This document shows, piece by piece, positions 7,840 to 18,073 of a stretch of DNA of 64,000 nt. Source of the DNA: Chloroflexota bacterium (GTDB taxonomy: Bacteria > Chloroflexota > Dehalococcoidia > GIF9 > JBFMDU01); the NCBI GenBank assembly GCA_040753815.1, contig JBFMDU010000020.1:300211-364210 (forward strand), written 5' to 3'. Position numbers and translations under genes: made by a program. The notes beneath the pieces were generated by a model. The model searched no databases. It was given only the letters and a program-made list of their open reading frames with translations, and was not told where the DNA came from. Positions within the stretch are counted from its first letter, which is position 1; every line of letters starts with the position of its first letter.

Positions 7840-9342
7840 TCACTGCTGTCTCCGCAGGTACTGGCTGTACCAGTAGAGCCTGGCCAGGACGCCCGCTCCG
7901 TGCTCCGGCGTCCGGAAAACGGTGAAGCCCTTCTCGTTTAGCCTGGCGAAGACGCGGGGGTTAAGTTTCTCCTCAACGGGATTGGTCTTGCAGAAGATAA
8001 CCGGTTTCCTGACCTCGTCCATGCGGGCAATGACATGGTCTATATTCAGGATGGCTTCATCAATGGTACGGTTCAACCGGGCAACCACCGTGTCGCGCAT
8101 AGCCGGGGGGACGTGATTAAGGCGTTTGGTCAGAATCTGCCGGAGCCCGGGTGTGCTGACGCACATGATGGCATCGATATTGTTGTCGTCAAGCAGTGCC
8201 AGGATACACTCGGTGGTGGCGGAACTCTCGGCGACGATATCGACCGGGTTGCCGTGCGACCAGAAAGACGGCAGGACCTTATTGATGCGGCTGACGGTTT
8301 CCGGTGACAGTGGCGGCACATCGAGGCCCAGCCGCAGACATTCGTCGGTGGCGAGGACGCCAATGCCGCCGCCGATAACGATAATGCCGACCCGGTTGCC
8401 CCGTGGTAGAGGCTCACGGCAAAGGGCCGAGCATGTGTAGATTAAGTCAAGCACCGTGCCGGCCCTTATCACACCGGTCTGTTTGAAGGCGGCATCGTAA
8501 ATGTTATCCGACCCGGCGAGTGCCGATGAGTGGGAACGGGCCGCCCTCGAACCGGCCTCGCTGCGGCCAGCCTTAATGACAACGATGGGCTTTCTGGGGG
8601 TGATTTGCCGCGCAAGGTTAAACAAACGCCGCCCGTTCTTGAGACCCTCGATGTAGAGGGCGATGGTGGAGGTTTCCCTGTCCTGGGCGAAGTACTCGAC
8701 GAAGTCCTCGAGAGTCAGGTCGGCCTCGTTGCCGGTGCCGACGAACTTGCTGAAGCCGATGGCGTCGTTGTAACCGTACTGGAGCACCTGGACGCCGATG
8801 TTGCCGCTCTGAGAGGCGAAGCCGATTTTACCTTTGACAATATCGTGAATGAAGGGCGTGGTGACGAGTCCGGAACCGGTGCTGATGTGCCCCATGATAT
8901 TCGGCCCTACAATGCGGATGCCGTACCTTCTGGCTACGGCAAGCATCTCCGCCTGACGGGCGGCGCCTTCAGGGCCGGACTCGGCGAAATCGCCGGTAAT
9001 GATAACGGCTCCCCGTACTCCCTTCCTACCACATTCGTCAAGAACCTCGGGCACCAGCGAGGCGGGTATAGTGACGAGGACAAGGTCCACCGGCCCGGGA
9101 ATGTCAAGGACGCTGGAATAGCACTTCTCGCCGTGCACTTCGGAGGCGCCGGTGTTGACGGGGTAGACCTTGCGCGCGGTTCCGGCCGATGATTCCCTGG
9201 CGGCGCTAAAGACCTGAAAACCCCACTTCTCGTAGACATCGCTGGCGCCGATGACAGCAACCGTTCGCGGGTCGAAGATGGTGTTTATGGAATCAATGGC
9301 GGCCTGGTCCAACTGACTGAGACGCCTCCTGACCTGACACAA
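7840..9342 (-). CDS. CoA-binding, acetate--CoA ligase (ADP-forming)/acyl-CoA synthetase (NDP-forming) alpha-like protein
   Basis: 500 aa. N-terminal CoA-binding Rossmann signature PRTVAVIGASD...YPVN and a succinyl-CoA-synthetase-like fold. No ATP-grasp beta partner is adjacent. Confidence 0.65.
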   Translation of the reverse strand: MCQVRRRLSQLDQAAIDSINTIFDPRTVAVIGASDVYEKWGFQVFSAARESSAGTARKVYPVNTGASEVHGEKCYSSVLDIPGPVDLVLVTIPASLVPEVLDECGRKGVRGAVIITGDFAESGPEGAARQAEMLAVARRYGIRIVGPNIMGHISTGSGLVTTPFIHDIVKGKIGFASQSGNIGVQVLQYGYNDAIGFSKFVGTGNEADLTLEDFVEYFAQDRETSTIALYIEGLKNGRRLFNLARQITPRKPIVVIKAGRSEAGSRAARSHSSALAGSDNIYDAAFKQTGVIRAGTVLDLIYTCSALCREPLPRGNRVGIIVIGGGIGVLATDECLRLGLDVPPLSPETVSRINKVLPSFWSHGNPVDIVAESSATTECILALLDDNNIDAIMCVSTPGLRQILTKRLNHVPPAMRDTVVARLNRTIDEAILNIDHVIARMDEVRKPVIFCKTNPVEEKLNPRVFARLNEKGFTVFRTPEHGAGVLARLYWYSQYLRRQQ

Positions 9343-9361
9343 ATCGAAGGGGCATTATACA

Positions 9362-10510
9362 CTACCGAGAAGTACCTAATCCAAACTTGTCAGAGCCTGG
9401 AACACTTTGGCCCGTGGGCGGCTTGATAGTGAGACTTAGCAGGAAAGCACCGGCTATAAGTCCGGCGGCAAGGGTGAAAGCGGTGACGTAGCTTCCGGTC
9501 TGGTCGAAGATAAATCCACCGAGCCAGGGCCCGATGGCCATGCCGGTCGTGTAGGCGCCATTTATGGCGCCGAAAATGGCGCCGATAGACTTACTGCCGA
9601 ATAGGTCACTGGTGATGACCGGAATGAGCGGCGGGATGATGCCATAGACAAAACCGTAGACAAGGGCAATGGAGTAGAACATCCCGGTGTTTGTCGAGAT
9701 TGACAGAAGGAGCAGAAGCGGCACCTGAATACCAAGAGGTATGGCGAGGGAGAGTCTTTTACCTAATTTGGGGATTATCAGTCCGGCGCAGAGGCGCCCG
9801 GCGGTATTAGTGATGCCGAAAAGGGTCAGGATGAGGGCGGCGGATGCAGGGTCGATTTTGACATCGATAGCCGCCGCGACCACATGAACGGTAATCATCT
9901 GGAAGCACAGGGCATAAATGGCGTAAATGGCGAAGAGCACCCAGAATGGACGGACGCGGGCGACCTCGCCCAGAGTGTACTGATGCTGGCGGGGTTCCTC
10001 TGATGTGTAACTGGAGTTTTTCACAGACGTCTCGATGTCTGCTGTTTGAGGTGGGCTTCTGATGAAGCTCCAGGCGATGGCGCCGACGGCCCAGACCGTA
10101 ATGCCGATGATGGTGAGACAGACTGCCCAGCTATAGTCCAGGATTAGCCATGTGGCGAACGGCGGCAGGGCAATCTGCGCCAGGCTGAAGCCGGAAAGGA
10201 CGACGCCATTGGCCAGGGCCGCGTTGCCGCCGAACCATCTTGTAACAGTGGTTATGGTGGGCAGGTAGCCCGCCGCTGAGGCTATGCCGGTGAAGACACC
10301 GAGGAAAAGATAGGCCTGCCAGAGATTGGAGATATGGGCGGCCAGCAGGTAGCCGAGTCCGCTGATGATAACTCCGCCAAGGACAAGCCGCCGTGGGCCA
10401 TGACGGTCGGTCAGAGTGCCGGTGATGGGGGAGAGAATACCGAATACGACGCTGCGAACGGAGGCGATGCCGGAGATGGCACTGCGCGACCAATCGAAGG
10501 TATTGGCCAT
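9362..10510 (-). CDS. MFS transporter
   Basis: 382 aa. About 11-12 hydrophobic helices, with loop motifs such as TLTDRHGPRRL typical of the major facilitator superfamily. Confidence 0.8.
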   Translation of the reverse strand: MANTFDWSRSAISGIASVRSVVFGILSPITGTLTDRHGPRRLVLGGVIISGLGYLLAAHISNLWQAYLFLGVFTGIASAAGYLPTITTVTRWFGGNAALANGVVLSGFSLAQIALPPFATWLILDYSWAVCLTIIGITVWAVGAIAWSFIRSPPQTADIETSVKNSSYTSEEPRQHQYTLGEVARVRPFWVLFAIYAIYALCFQMITVHVVAAAIDVKIDPASAALILTLFGITNTAGRLCAGLIIPKLGKRLSLAIPLGIQVPLLLLLSISTNTGMFYSIALVYGFVYGIIPPLIPVITSDLFGSKSIGAIFGAINGAYTTGMAIGPWLGGFIFDQTGSYVTAFTLAAGLIAGAFLLSLTIKPPTGQSVPGSDKFGLGTSR

Positions 10511-10727
10511 CGGCTTGACGAAAACGCCAAATATGTACTGGAAGTTGCTGGCGGTCAGCAGGACAAAGGCGCCGGCGATGGCGACAATCCAGCCATAGTA
10601 GAGCCTGGGTGGTCTCTTTATTTGAAGGGGTGGTTTATCCGTGGGATATTCCCTTTATGCTGGTACTTCCTCTTCTCTGGGACAAAGAGAGTTCCTTGAC
10701 ATAATATTTAACAGTCTTGAGCGGCTA

Positions 10728-11573
10728 CTATTTCCTCTGGCAGTTGGGGCAGTAGTAAGTGCCGCGGTTTCGGACAACAATGCGGGCAACCGGGCCGCCG
10801 CAAATGGGGCAGGGCTCGCCGCCGCGATGGGCTACCGAGAATTCGAGATGAGCACCGCCGGGCTGACCATCCGGCCGGACATAATCGCGGGTGCTGGCGC
10901 CTTTCCGTTCAATGGCCCGGGACAGCACCTTTTTGATAGCGCCATAGAGAAGTTTTACCTCACCGGAAGTCAAATCAGACGCCCGCCGCTCCGGGTGAAT
11001 CCGGGCGGTGAAAAGGGCTTCATCGGCATACATGTTGCCAACACCGGCCAGCATGGTCTGGTCAAGCAGGACGGCTTTGAGCGGCGCGTTTCGCCCCTTG
11101 AGCCTGCGGGCAAGCTCGCCAGCGGTAAAGCCGCCGCTGAAAGGCTCGGGGCCGAGTTTGCTCAGGATTGTCTCCGGGTCTTTGACCAGCCACATGCTTC
11201 CGAACCGTCGGGGGTCGACGAACATGAGCCGCGTGCCATTATCGAGCTGGAATAATACCTTGCGGTATTTACGGTCTTCAGGCGGGTTAACGAGCAGGGC
11301 GCCGCTCATCTTGAGGTGGATGATAAGGCTGATGTCCTGCCTGCCAGCTTTCTCGGGGGAACTTGCTGACGGCGTCGATAGGTCGAAAATAAGGTATTTA
11401 CCCCGGCGGCGAAGGCCGGTGATAGTCCGTCCCACCGTCTGGACGACAAAATCGGCTGGAGAAGGGTCTTTGATGGGTTTGGTATCGAAGACGGTTACCT
11501 TCTTAAGGCACTGGCCGACCACGGCAGGAGCAATTTCGTTCTTGATGGTCTCGACTTCAGGGAGTTCGGGCAT
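10728..11573 (-). CDS. mutM: Formamidopyrimidine-DNA glycosylase (Fpg/MutM)
   Basis: N-terminal MPELPEVE catalytic Pro2/Glu3 signature, plus a C-terminal zinc finger CPICGGP...YYCPNCQ. Confidence 0.9.
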   Translation of the reverse strand: MPELPEVETIKNEIAPAVVGQCLKKVTVFDTKPIKDPSPADFVVQTVGRTITGLRRRGKYLIFDLSTPSASSPEKAGRQDISLIIHLKMSGALLVNPPEDRKYRKVLFQLDNGTRLMFVDPRRFGSMWLVKDPETILSKLGPEPFSGGFTAGELARRLKGRNAPLKAVLLDQTMLAGVGNMYADEALFTARIHPERRASDLTSGEVKLLYGAIKKVLSRAIERKGASTRDYVRPDGQPGGAHLEFSVAHRGGEPCPICGGPVARIVVRNRGTYYCPNCQRK

Positions 11574-11593
11574 CGGGCGGGCCTTTCTAGAGG

Positions 11594-14428
11594 CTATTCC
11601 ATTTCACCCCAGTTGCGTCCCTGCTTGATATCTATCTTGAGCGGGACGGCCAGGCTCATGGCTCCGGACATGATATCAGATGACAGCCTGATAAGTTCGT
11701 CTTTCTCGGCCGGCGTTACCTCGAAGATAAGCTCGTCATGTACCTGCAGGGTAAGCAATGCCGTCATCTTGCGGTCCTTCATGGCGCGGTAGAGGTCGAT
11801 CATCGCAATCTTGATGATATCGGCGGAAGTGCCCTGAACAGGCATGTTGATGGCCATCCTTTCCGCCGCCTCGCGCACCTGCCGGTTGGGCGAGTTGACC
11901 TCGGGGATGTAGCGTCGCCGGCCGGTGAGGGTCTGCACATAACCAAGCTGATGGGCCTGCTCCCTGGTGTTATCAAGGTACTCCTTGACCTTGGGATATC
12001 TCTGAAAGTATGTCTCGATGAAGCGGGCGGCCTCTTCCCGGCTGAGGTCGGTGGCCTGCTCAAGGCCGTAATCGCTCATCCCGTAAATCACGCCGAAGTT
12101 GACCGTCTTGGCGACGCGCCGCATCTCGGTGGTCACCCGGGAAGGGTCTACGTTGAAGACCTGCGAGGCGGTGGAGGTGTGGATGTCTTCATTGTTGATG
12201 AAAGCATTTGTCAGGGAAGGGTCCCGGGACAGGTGGGCCAGGACACGGAGGTCAATCTGGGAGTAGTCGGCGGCAAGGAGAGTCTTGCCGGGGGCGGCGA
12301 TGAAGGCCTGCCGGACCTTTCTTCCAAGTCCACCGCGGACCGGGATATTCTGCAGGTTGGGGTCGCTTGAGGACAGCCTGCCGGTGGCGGTGACCGTCTG
12401 ATTGAAGCTGGTATGCACTCTGCCGGTAGCGGGATTTATCAGCGTCGGCAGGGCATCGAGGTAGGTTGACTTGAGTTTAGTGAGCTGACGGTACTCGAGG
12501 ACCGGGCTGATAATCAGGGGGTAGTCCTTGCGCAGTTCCTCGAGGATGGCGGCATCGGTGGAGTAACCGCTCCTGGTGCGTCTGGCGATGGGGAGCTTCA
12601 GGTGTTCGAAGAGCACCTTGCCGAGTTGCTGGGGTGAGTTGATGTTGAACTCCTGGCCGGCAACCTGGTGAATTTGCTTTTCAAGGGTAGCGATGTCTTT
12701 GCCCATGCTTTCCGAAAGCTGGCGCAGGAGGTTCTCGTCCAGGGCGACGCCGTTCATCTCCATTTCGGCGAGCACGGGAACCAGCGGCATTTCAATTTCG
12801 GCGAAAAGGCGGGATAGCCCTTGAGACTCCAGGTCAGTACGAAGCACGGATTCGAGCTTGAGGACGGCCTCGGTAAGATTGCCGGCACAGCGGGCAACTT
12901 CGCCAACCGGGACTAACGCCAGCGGGCGAGCTTTGCTTCCGGCGCCGGTGAGTTCGGACAGGGACGGCAGTTCGACGCCGAGCCGGTTGAACGTGAGCGA
13001 GGACAGCGACGTCGCTTTCTCGCCCAGACTGTAGGCAGCGATGCCAGTATCGAAGTCCACACCGGACAGGCGAACTCCGAACCGTGAGAGCACAATAATA
13101 GCCAGTTTGGCATTGCTCGATAATTTGGCAGGCCTCTCTGATTCGAACACCGATCGGAGTCTATTCAGGACAATCTGAGATGGCAGTCGGGGTGGCTGTT
13201 CCAGTCCCTGGTGTCCAAGAGGGATATAAAACGCTTCCCCTGGCTGAATAGCGATAGACAGTCCGAGCAGTCCGGCGCTCATGGCGCTTTTGTCTGAAGT
13301 GATAACTTCCAGCGCGAAACGCGGGCTGGTGCTTAATCTGGTTGCCAGATGGTCCAGGTCGGGTTCGGCAGTGACCAGATGACAGTCAACGCCGGTCAGA
13401 CCAGATACGCGTGGTGAATCAGCAACGCCGATCTCCTGGGGCAAGCGATTCAGGAGGGCGGCGAACTCGAGTTCACGGAAAAGGTTGACCACGGCGGCGC
13501 GGTCGTATGCAGCAACGCGGCACCGTTCAAGATTGAGAGAAATACCCGGGACGGTCTTCACCACGGTAGCCAGCTCTTTAGAACGGGCCGCCTGTTCCCG
13601 ATTTGCTTCCAGAGCGGCGCGTATCCGTTCCGGGACGACCTGGTCAAGGTGCTCATAGATGCCCTGAATGCTTCCGAACTGCTCAACTAGTTTAGCGGCC
13701 GTCTTTTCACCGATGCCCTTGATGTTCGGGATATTGTCGGAGGTATCGCCGACCAGGGCTTTATAATCGGACAGTTGGGAAGGACTCAGCCCATATTTTT
13801 CACGGACGCCAGTCTCATCAAACAGGATTGGGTCAGAGAAGGTGCGTTTCGGGTAGAGCACCCTGATTCCTGGAGAGACTACCTGGAGCATATCGGCATC
13901 GCCGGTGACGATGACGGCCTCAATTTCTTGCTCACCGGCCTGGGCGGCGAGCGTCGCCAGGACGTCATCGGCTTCGAACCCGTCGACCTCGAACCTGGGG
14001 ATACCGAAGACATCAGCCACCTGGTGGACACGCTGTATCTGGCTCTTGAGCTCTTCCGGAGTCGGCGGTCTTTGCTCTTTATATTTTTCGAACATCTGGT
14101 GGCGGAAGGTCGGCACCGGCCGGTCGAAAGCGATGCCCCAGTGGGTTGGCTTAATTTCGCTCAGGACCTTGAGCAAAGTAGCGGCAAAGCCATGGACGGC
14201 GTTCACCATCTCGCCGGTGCGGCTGACTGTCAGCGGCTGGATGGCATGGAAGGCCCGGTGAACGATGGCATTGCCATCGAAAAGCAGGAGCAGGGTGCGG
14301 CCTCCGGGCTGCGGCTTGTCGGTTTTGTCGGCAGATGTCTGCGTGGAGTTGTGAGAGGAGCTTGCTCCTCTCGTATTTTCTTCTCCAAAGGAGAGGGGGA
14401 GAGGGGGTGTGGACTGTCCCTTACTCAT
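11594..14428 (-). CDS. polA: DNA polymerase I
   Basis: 5'-3' exonuclease N-domain (LLLLFDGNAIVHRAFHA), then 3'-5' exonuclease and polymerase domains (RRxxKxxNFGxxYG, HDELxxE). The six-frame ORF extends to 14569, but that extension overlaps the degV 3' end. Start chosen at the internal Met (MSKGQ...) at 14428. Confidence 0.85.
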   Translation of the reverse strand: MSKGQSTPPLPLSFGEENTRGASSSHNSTQTSADKTDKPQPGGRTLLLLFDGNAIVHRAFHAIQPLTVSRTGEMVNAVHGFAATLLKVLSEIKPTHWGIAFDRPVPTFRHQMFEKYKEQRPPTPEELKSQIQRVHQVADVFGIPRFEVDGFEADDVLATLAAQAGEQEIEAVIVTGDADMLQVVSPGIRVLYPKRTFSDPILFDETGVREKYGLSPSQLSDYKALVGDTSDNIPNIKGIGEKTAAKLVEQFGSIQGIYEHLDQVVPERIRAALEANREQAARSKELATVVKTVPGISLNLERCRVAAYDRAAVVNLFRELEFAALLNRLPQEIGVADSPRVSGLTGVDCHLVTAEPDLDHLATRLSTSPRFALEVITSDKSAMSAGLLGLSIAIQPGEAFYIPLGHQGLEQPPRLPSQIVLNRLRSVFESERPAKLSSNAKLAIIVLSRFGVRLSGVDFDTGIAAYSLGEKATSLSSLTFNRLGVELPSLSELTGAGSKARPLALVPVGEVARCAGNLTEAVLKLESVLRTDLESQGLSRLFAEIEMPLVPVLAEMEMNGVALDENLLRQLSESMGKDIATLEKQIHQVAGQEFNINSPQQLGKVLFEHLKLPIARRTRSGYSTDAAILEELRKDYPLIISPVLEYRQLTKLKSTYLDALPTLINPATGRVHTSFNQTVTATGRLSSSDPNLQNIPVRGGLGRKVRQAFIAAPGKTLLAADYSQIDLRVLAHLSRDPSLTNAFINNEDIHTSTASQVFNVDPSRVTTEMRRVAKTVNFGVIYGMSDYGLEQATDLSREEAARFIETYFQRYPKVKEYLDNTREQAHQLGYVQTLTGRRRYIPEVNSPNRQVREAAERMAINMPVQGTSADIIKIAMIDLYRAMKDRKMTALLTLQVHDELIFEVTPAEKDELIRLSSDIMSGAMSLAVPLKIDIKQGRNWGEME

Positions 14429-15263
14429 TATGGAAGGCAACTCCGAGTGTGCCCGGGCCGGTGTGGGCTCCGATGATCGGCGTGAACGGTCGGGTAAGTA
14501 TCTCGGCCGGGTGGAACGCCTGAACAATGCGCTTCCTGAGTGTTTCGGCTTCTTCAGCGGCATCGGCATGATGTATGCAGATATGGAGCGGTGTCTCCGT
14601 GAGGTGCTCTTTGACCAGCCGTACCAGGTGGTTCATGGCCCGGGAACGGGTGAGGGGCCTGGCAATGGGGAGAGCCTTACCTTCTCTGATGGTCATTATT
14701 GGCTTGACCTTGAGCCACTTGGCCATCATCGCCGCCGGCATGTTGACGCGCCCGCCTCGCCTCAGCCATTCGAGCGTGTCCAGCTCGACAAATAAGTGCG
14801 CTTTGGCAAGGATATCCATGGCGGTCTTGATGACGGCTTCTTTACCGGCGCCCTGGAGGGCTGCTTTGGCGGCGGCGCGGACCGCAAAACCCATAGCCAT
14901 AAGGGAAGTGCGCGTGTCAACAAGTTCGATTGCCATTTCAGAAAAAAGGTTGCGGGCGACCATCGCTGAATTGTAGGCGGCGCTCAGGTCCTTGCTTAGC
15001 AGGAAGATAACAATATGCTCAACCCTCCCTCGAAGCGCTTCGAAGATACGGATGAATTCAGCCTGGATAGCACCGGAGGTAGTAGGAAGAGTAGGTGATT
15101 TCCGGAGCTTCTTGAAAAACTCCTCAGGCTGCATGTCAACGCCGTCCCGGTAGACTTTGCCATCCCAGAGGAGATGCAGGGGTGCAATCTCGATTCCATA
15201 CTGGCGGATGGTTTCCGGCGGAATAAGGGCGGAGCTGTCAGTGATAACGGCTATCCTGGGCAA
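14421..15263 (-). CDS. DegV-family fatty-acid-binding protein
   Basis: 280 aa. MPRIAVITDSSALIPPE N-terminus, typical of the DegV/EDD family. Confidence 0.85.
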   Translation of the reverse strand: MPRIAVITDSSALIPPETIRQYGIEIAPLHLLWDGKVYRDGVDMQPEEFFKKLRKSPTLPTTSGAIQAEFIRIFEALRGRVEHIVIFLLSKDLSAAYNSAMVARNLFSEMAIELVDTRTSLMAMGFAVRAAAKAALQGAGKEAVIKTAMDILAKAHLFVELDTLEWLRRGGRVNMPAAMMAKWLKVKPIMTIREGKALPIARPLTRSRAMNHLVRLVKEHLTETPLHICIHHADAAEEAETLRKRIVQAFHPAEILTRPFTPIIGAHTGPGTLGVAFHNE

Positions 15264-15436
15264 ATGGCACCTCCCGAAAAGGCGCTATAAATGCAGTAAT
15301 AGTGTATTATCAGCCCATAGCCTCGTCAACCGAGGCATGTAAGACTAAACTATTGTCTCTCATGCAGCGTTAACTGTTATGATAGATGTGAAAGAACACT
15401 GCGGCTGGCGATTAGTCAGTGAGAAAGGAAAGTAAG

Positions 15437-16210
15437 ATGAACAAGTTAAAATACGCGATCCTGGGAATGGTAGTTGCTGTGGTTTTAGCCGGGCTCGCCG
15501 CCTGCGAGCCGGTCACTTCAAACCCGCAGTCGGCTTCTCCGGGTACAGTGGTAGTCCAGCCAGGCCAGCAAACCGGGTTATGGGTGACCGGCGAGGGCAA
15601 GGTCAGCGCTGTACCGGATGTGGCGATTATTAACCTCGGGATTGAAGCTCAGGCCAAGACGGTTGCCGAAGCTCAAAATCAGGCAACCGGGGCTATGAAT
15701 AGAGTAATGAAGGCACTTACCGGCAACGGAGTGGCTGAGAAGGATATTCAGACCCAGCGGTTCAGCATTACTCAGGTGACCAGGTGGAACAAAGACCTTA
15801 ACCGCGACGAAGTCATCGGCTATCGGGTAACCAACATGGTCACAGCGAAGGTCCGAAATCTTGATAAGGCAGGTGTTGTTATCGATGAAGTGGCTGTAGC
15901 CGGCGGCGACCTTACCCGCATCCAGAACATTGGTTTTACCATCGATGATCCCTCGAAGTATTACAAAGAGGCGCGCGATAAAGCGATGGCGGATGCTCTG
16001 GCCAGGGCCAAGCAGATTGCGGACGGGGCCGATATCAGGCTGGGAAAGCCAACCTATATCTCTGAAGGGCAACTCTACGTACCTCAGCCGAGATTCGTGA
16101 ATTATGAGTTGAAGTCGGCAGCCGGTGCGCCGGCACCAGCGCCAACACCAATCAGTGCCGGTGAAACTGAAATCAGGCTTACAGTGCAGGTTGTATACGA
16201 AATCAGGTAA
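15437..16210 (+). CDS. SIMPL-domain (DUF541) lipoprotein
   Basis: Signal peptide and lipobox LAGLAAC, with the SIMPL fold. Start placed at MNKLKY after an AAAGGAAAG ribosome-binding site; the ORF track starts earlier, at 15419. Confidence 0.75.
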   Translation: MNKLKYAILGMVVAVVLAGLAACEPVTSNPQSASPGTVVVQPGQQTGLWVTGEGKVSAVPDVAIINLGIEAQAKTVAEAQNQATGAMNRVMKALTGNGVAEKDIQTQRFSITQVTRWNKDLNRDEVIGYRVTNMVTAKVRNLDKAGVVIDEVAVAGGDLTRIQNIGFTIDDPSKYYKEARDKAMADALARAKQIADGADIRLGKPTYISEGQLYVPQPRFVNYELKSAAGAPAPAPTPISAGETEIRLTVQVVYEIR

Positions 16211-16231
16211 TTGCCGAACCTCGGGAGGCAA

Positions 16232-16275
16232 GGAAGCCCCCCTTTGCCGCAGTGGCAAGGGGGGCTTCCTTTTTG
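16232..16275 (+). terminator. Rho-independent terminator after the SIMPL gene
   Basis: GGAAGCCCCCCTT...AAGGGGGGCTTCC hairpin followed by TTTTTG. Confidence 0.65.
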
Positions 16276-16321
16276 TGGGTATCCTCTGCTAGACTAGGCC
16301 GATTGCGAAAAGGAGTGCACC

Positions 16322-16774
16322 ATGGAGAAGACCCTGGTACTGGTGAAGCCTGATGGCGTTCAACGCGGCCTTATTGGAGATGTTGTTAGCCGTCTGGAGC
16401 GGCGGGGGTTGAAGGTCGTGGCGATGAAGATGCTCCAGATGGACATGGGCCTGGCGAAGCGACATTACGCCGTTCACGAAGGCAAGCCATTCTTCGAAGA
16501 GCTGGTCGATTACATCACTTCGGGGCCGATCGTGGCTATGGTCATATCCGGTGAGCAGGCGGTGACGGTAGTCAGGCAAACAATGGGGGCCACTGATCCG
16601 GTAAAAGCGAGTGGGGGTACTATACGGGGAGACCTGGCACTGACAATTCGCTATAACATCGTCCATGGGTCGGATTCAGTGGAGAACGCGGCTAAAGAAA
16701 TTGATTTATTTTTTACGCCTGGCGAAATGTGTGATTATAGTCGCGATGCTGATAAATGGATTGGCGGGTTCTAG
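16322..16774 (+). CDS. ndk: Nucleoside diphosphate kinase
   Basis: [16 protein letters not shown]...NIVHGSDS with the catalytic His. An AAGGAG ribosome-binding site lies upstream. Confidence 0.9.
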   Translation: MEKTLVLVKPDGVQRGLIGDVVSRLERRGLKVVAMKMLQMDMGLAKRHYAVHEGKPFFEELVDYITSGPIVAMVISGEQAVTVVRQTMGATDPVKASGGTIRGDLALTIRYNIVHGSDSVENAAKEIDLFFTPGEMCDYSRDADKWIGGF

Positions 16775-16781
16775 AGCGGCC

Positions 16782-17141
16782 TTACTGGACCTTCATCAGT
16801 ATCCTGGCCTGGCTCCATAAGCTATCGAATCTATAGAACTCGCGTGTATCTGGTGAGAATACATGGATGATGATGGAACCGTCGTCAATCAGGACCCAGC
16901 CTGAATCAGCGGCACCCTCGCGGCGGTGAGAGTTGCTTCCCAGGTTCTTCAGGAGCTTGTCAATATCTTCTGCGATAGCATTGACCTGGCGTACGCTTTC
17001 GGCGGAGCAGACTACAAAGTAATCAGCGAAGGAACAAACCTGGCTGGTATCAAGCAACATGACATCGCTGGCCTGCTTTTCAGATACGGCCTCAACGATT
17101 CGCCGCGCTATTTCTAGGGTCTCCAGGATTGGTCCTCCCAA
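16782..17141 (-). CDS. rsfS: Ribosome silencing factor RsfS (Iojap family)
   Basis: 119 aa. ...DYFVVCSAESVRQVNAIAE...WVLIDDGSIIIHVFSPDTREFY is typical of RsfS. Confidence 0.85.
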   Translation of the reverse strand: MGGPILETLEIARRIVEAVSEKQASDVMLLDTSQVCSFADYFVVCSAESVRQVNAIAEDIDKLLKNLGSNSHRREGAADSGWVLIDDGSIIIHVFSPDTREFYRFDSLWSQARILMKVQ

Positions 17142-17182
17142 CCATTATTATACAGTAAAGCTGTTAGCCGGCAAATGTAGCT

Positions 17183-18055
17183 TTACGAATGGCTGGCTGT
17201 AGGAGCGGCAGTATCCTGGGAGCGGCTCAGGAAATGTTCCTCGATAGCTGTGACCAGGCCCCGCATAGTCATATCAGCAGGGATGATATCCTGGCGGAGA
17301 CCCTCACGTTGACCGGTCCTGGCGGTATAGCCGCCCATATAGGCGACGGCAGTGCGGTTGATGGCGGCCTTGTCATTATCCAGTAGTTTGAGGAGGGCGA
17401 AGATTTCGGCGGAGCTGGTGAAGATAGTGATGTCCGCGAGGCCCTTTTTGAGGATATCTAATTCGAACTCAAGACCTCCGGTCACGGCGCGGGTCTGGTA
17501 AACGGCAATGCGATGAGTTTCCATGCCAATTTTTTGAAGGTCTTTGATGAACTCGGGCACTACGTAAGGTTCATCAACGCCGTGCACGTCGGGCACAGGC
17601 ACCAGCACCTTACTGCCGGTGACGCCAAGCTTCTTCAGGTCAGCAAGCATGCCCTGCGGGTCACCGACCCGCGGCATAAGGTCAGCTTGTAAGCCTTCGT
17701 TCTCCAGCGCGGCGGCATCCGCTTTGAATGCGGCCAGCTTGACCTTTTTTAATTCTGCGATTGGCTTGTTCAGGGTGCGGAGGCGCTGGCAGACTGCTTC
17801 GATGCCATTGGTTGAGGTAAAGGCGATCCAGTGGTAGCGCTTTATGTTTGCCAGAGCGTCATCAAGCTCATGGTAATCGTCGAGCGGCCAGATTTCTATG
17901 GTCGGCGCCCAGATAGGCCGGGCGCCACGCAGAACCAGGAGCTGAGTCAGAAGTCCGGCGTAGTTGCGGGGTGTGGTGAACAGGACTCGTTTGTTAAGAA
18001 GGGGCAGTTCGGCTCTGGCAACAAGTTTTTTTTCAAAATCAATCTTACGGGACAT
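17183..18055 (-). CDS. Uroporphyrinogen-III synthase (HemD/HEM4) domain protein, standalone paralog A
   Basis: 290 aa. RVLFTTPRNYAGLL...GARPIWAPTIEIWPLDDY...YHWIAFTSTNGIEAVCQRL matches the HEM4 fold. It sits in an operon with an FAD-dependent oxidoreductase and is paralogous to 24027-24872. Confidence 0.7.
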   Translation of the reverse strand: MSRKIDFEKKLVARAELPLLNKRVLFTTPRNYAGLLTQLLVLRGARPIWAPTIEIWPLDDYHELDDALANIKRYHWIAFTSTNGIEAVCQRLRTLNKPIAELKKVKLAAFKADAAALENEGLQADLMPRVGDPQGMLADLKKLGVTGSKVLVPVPDVHGVDEPYVVPEFIKDLQKIGMETHRIAVYQTRAVTGGLEFELDILKKGLADITIFTSSAEIFALLKLLDNDKAAINRTAVAYMGGYTARTGQREGLRQDIIPADMTMRGLVTAIEEHFLSRSQDTAAPTASHS

Positions 18056-18073
18056 GTAACAATATTCCCCGGT

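Noticed and set aside
7702-7941. Two overlapping small ORFs (79 and 73 aa) spanning the tRNA genes
   Set aside because: They read through tRNA-His and tRNA-Arg. They are artefacts of the six-frame translation.
7840-9342. Calling this gene a complete acetyl-CoA synthetase (ADP-forming)
   Set aside because: Only the CoA-binding/alpha-like portion is evident. No ATP-grasp beta subunit is adjacent, so the call is left at family level.
11594-14569. 991-aa form of PolA with a 47-aa Ser/Pro/Arg-rich N-terminal extension
   Set aside because: The extension overlaps the 3' end of degV by about 150 nt and has no counterpart in PolA. The internal Met at 14428 lies 2 nt after the degV stop, so the gene is annotated from there.
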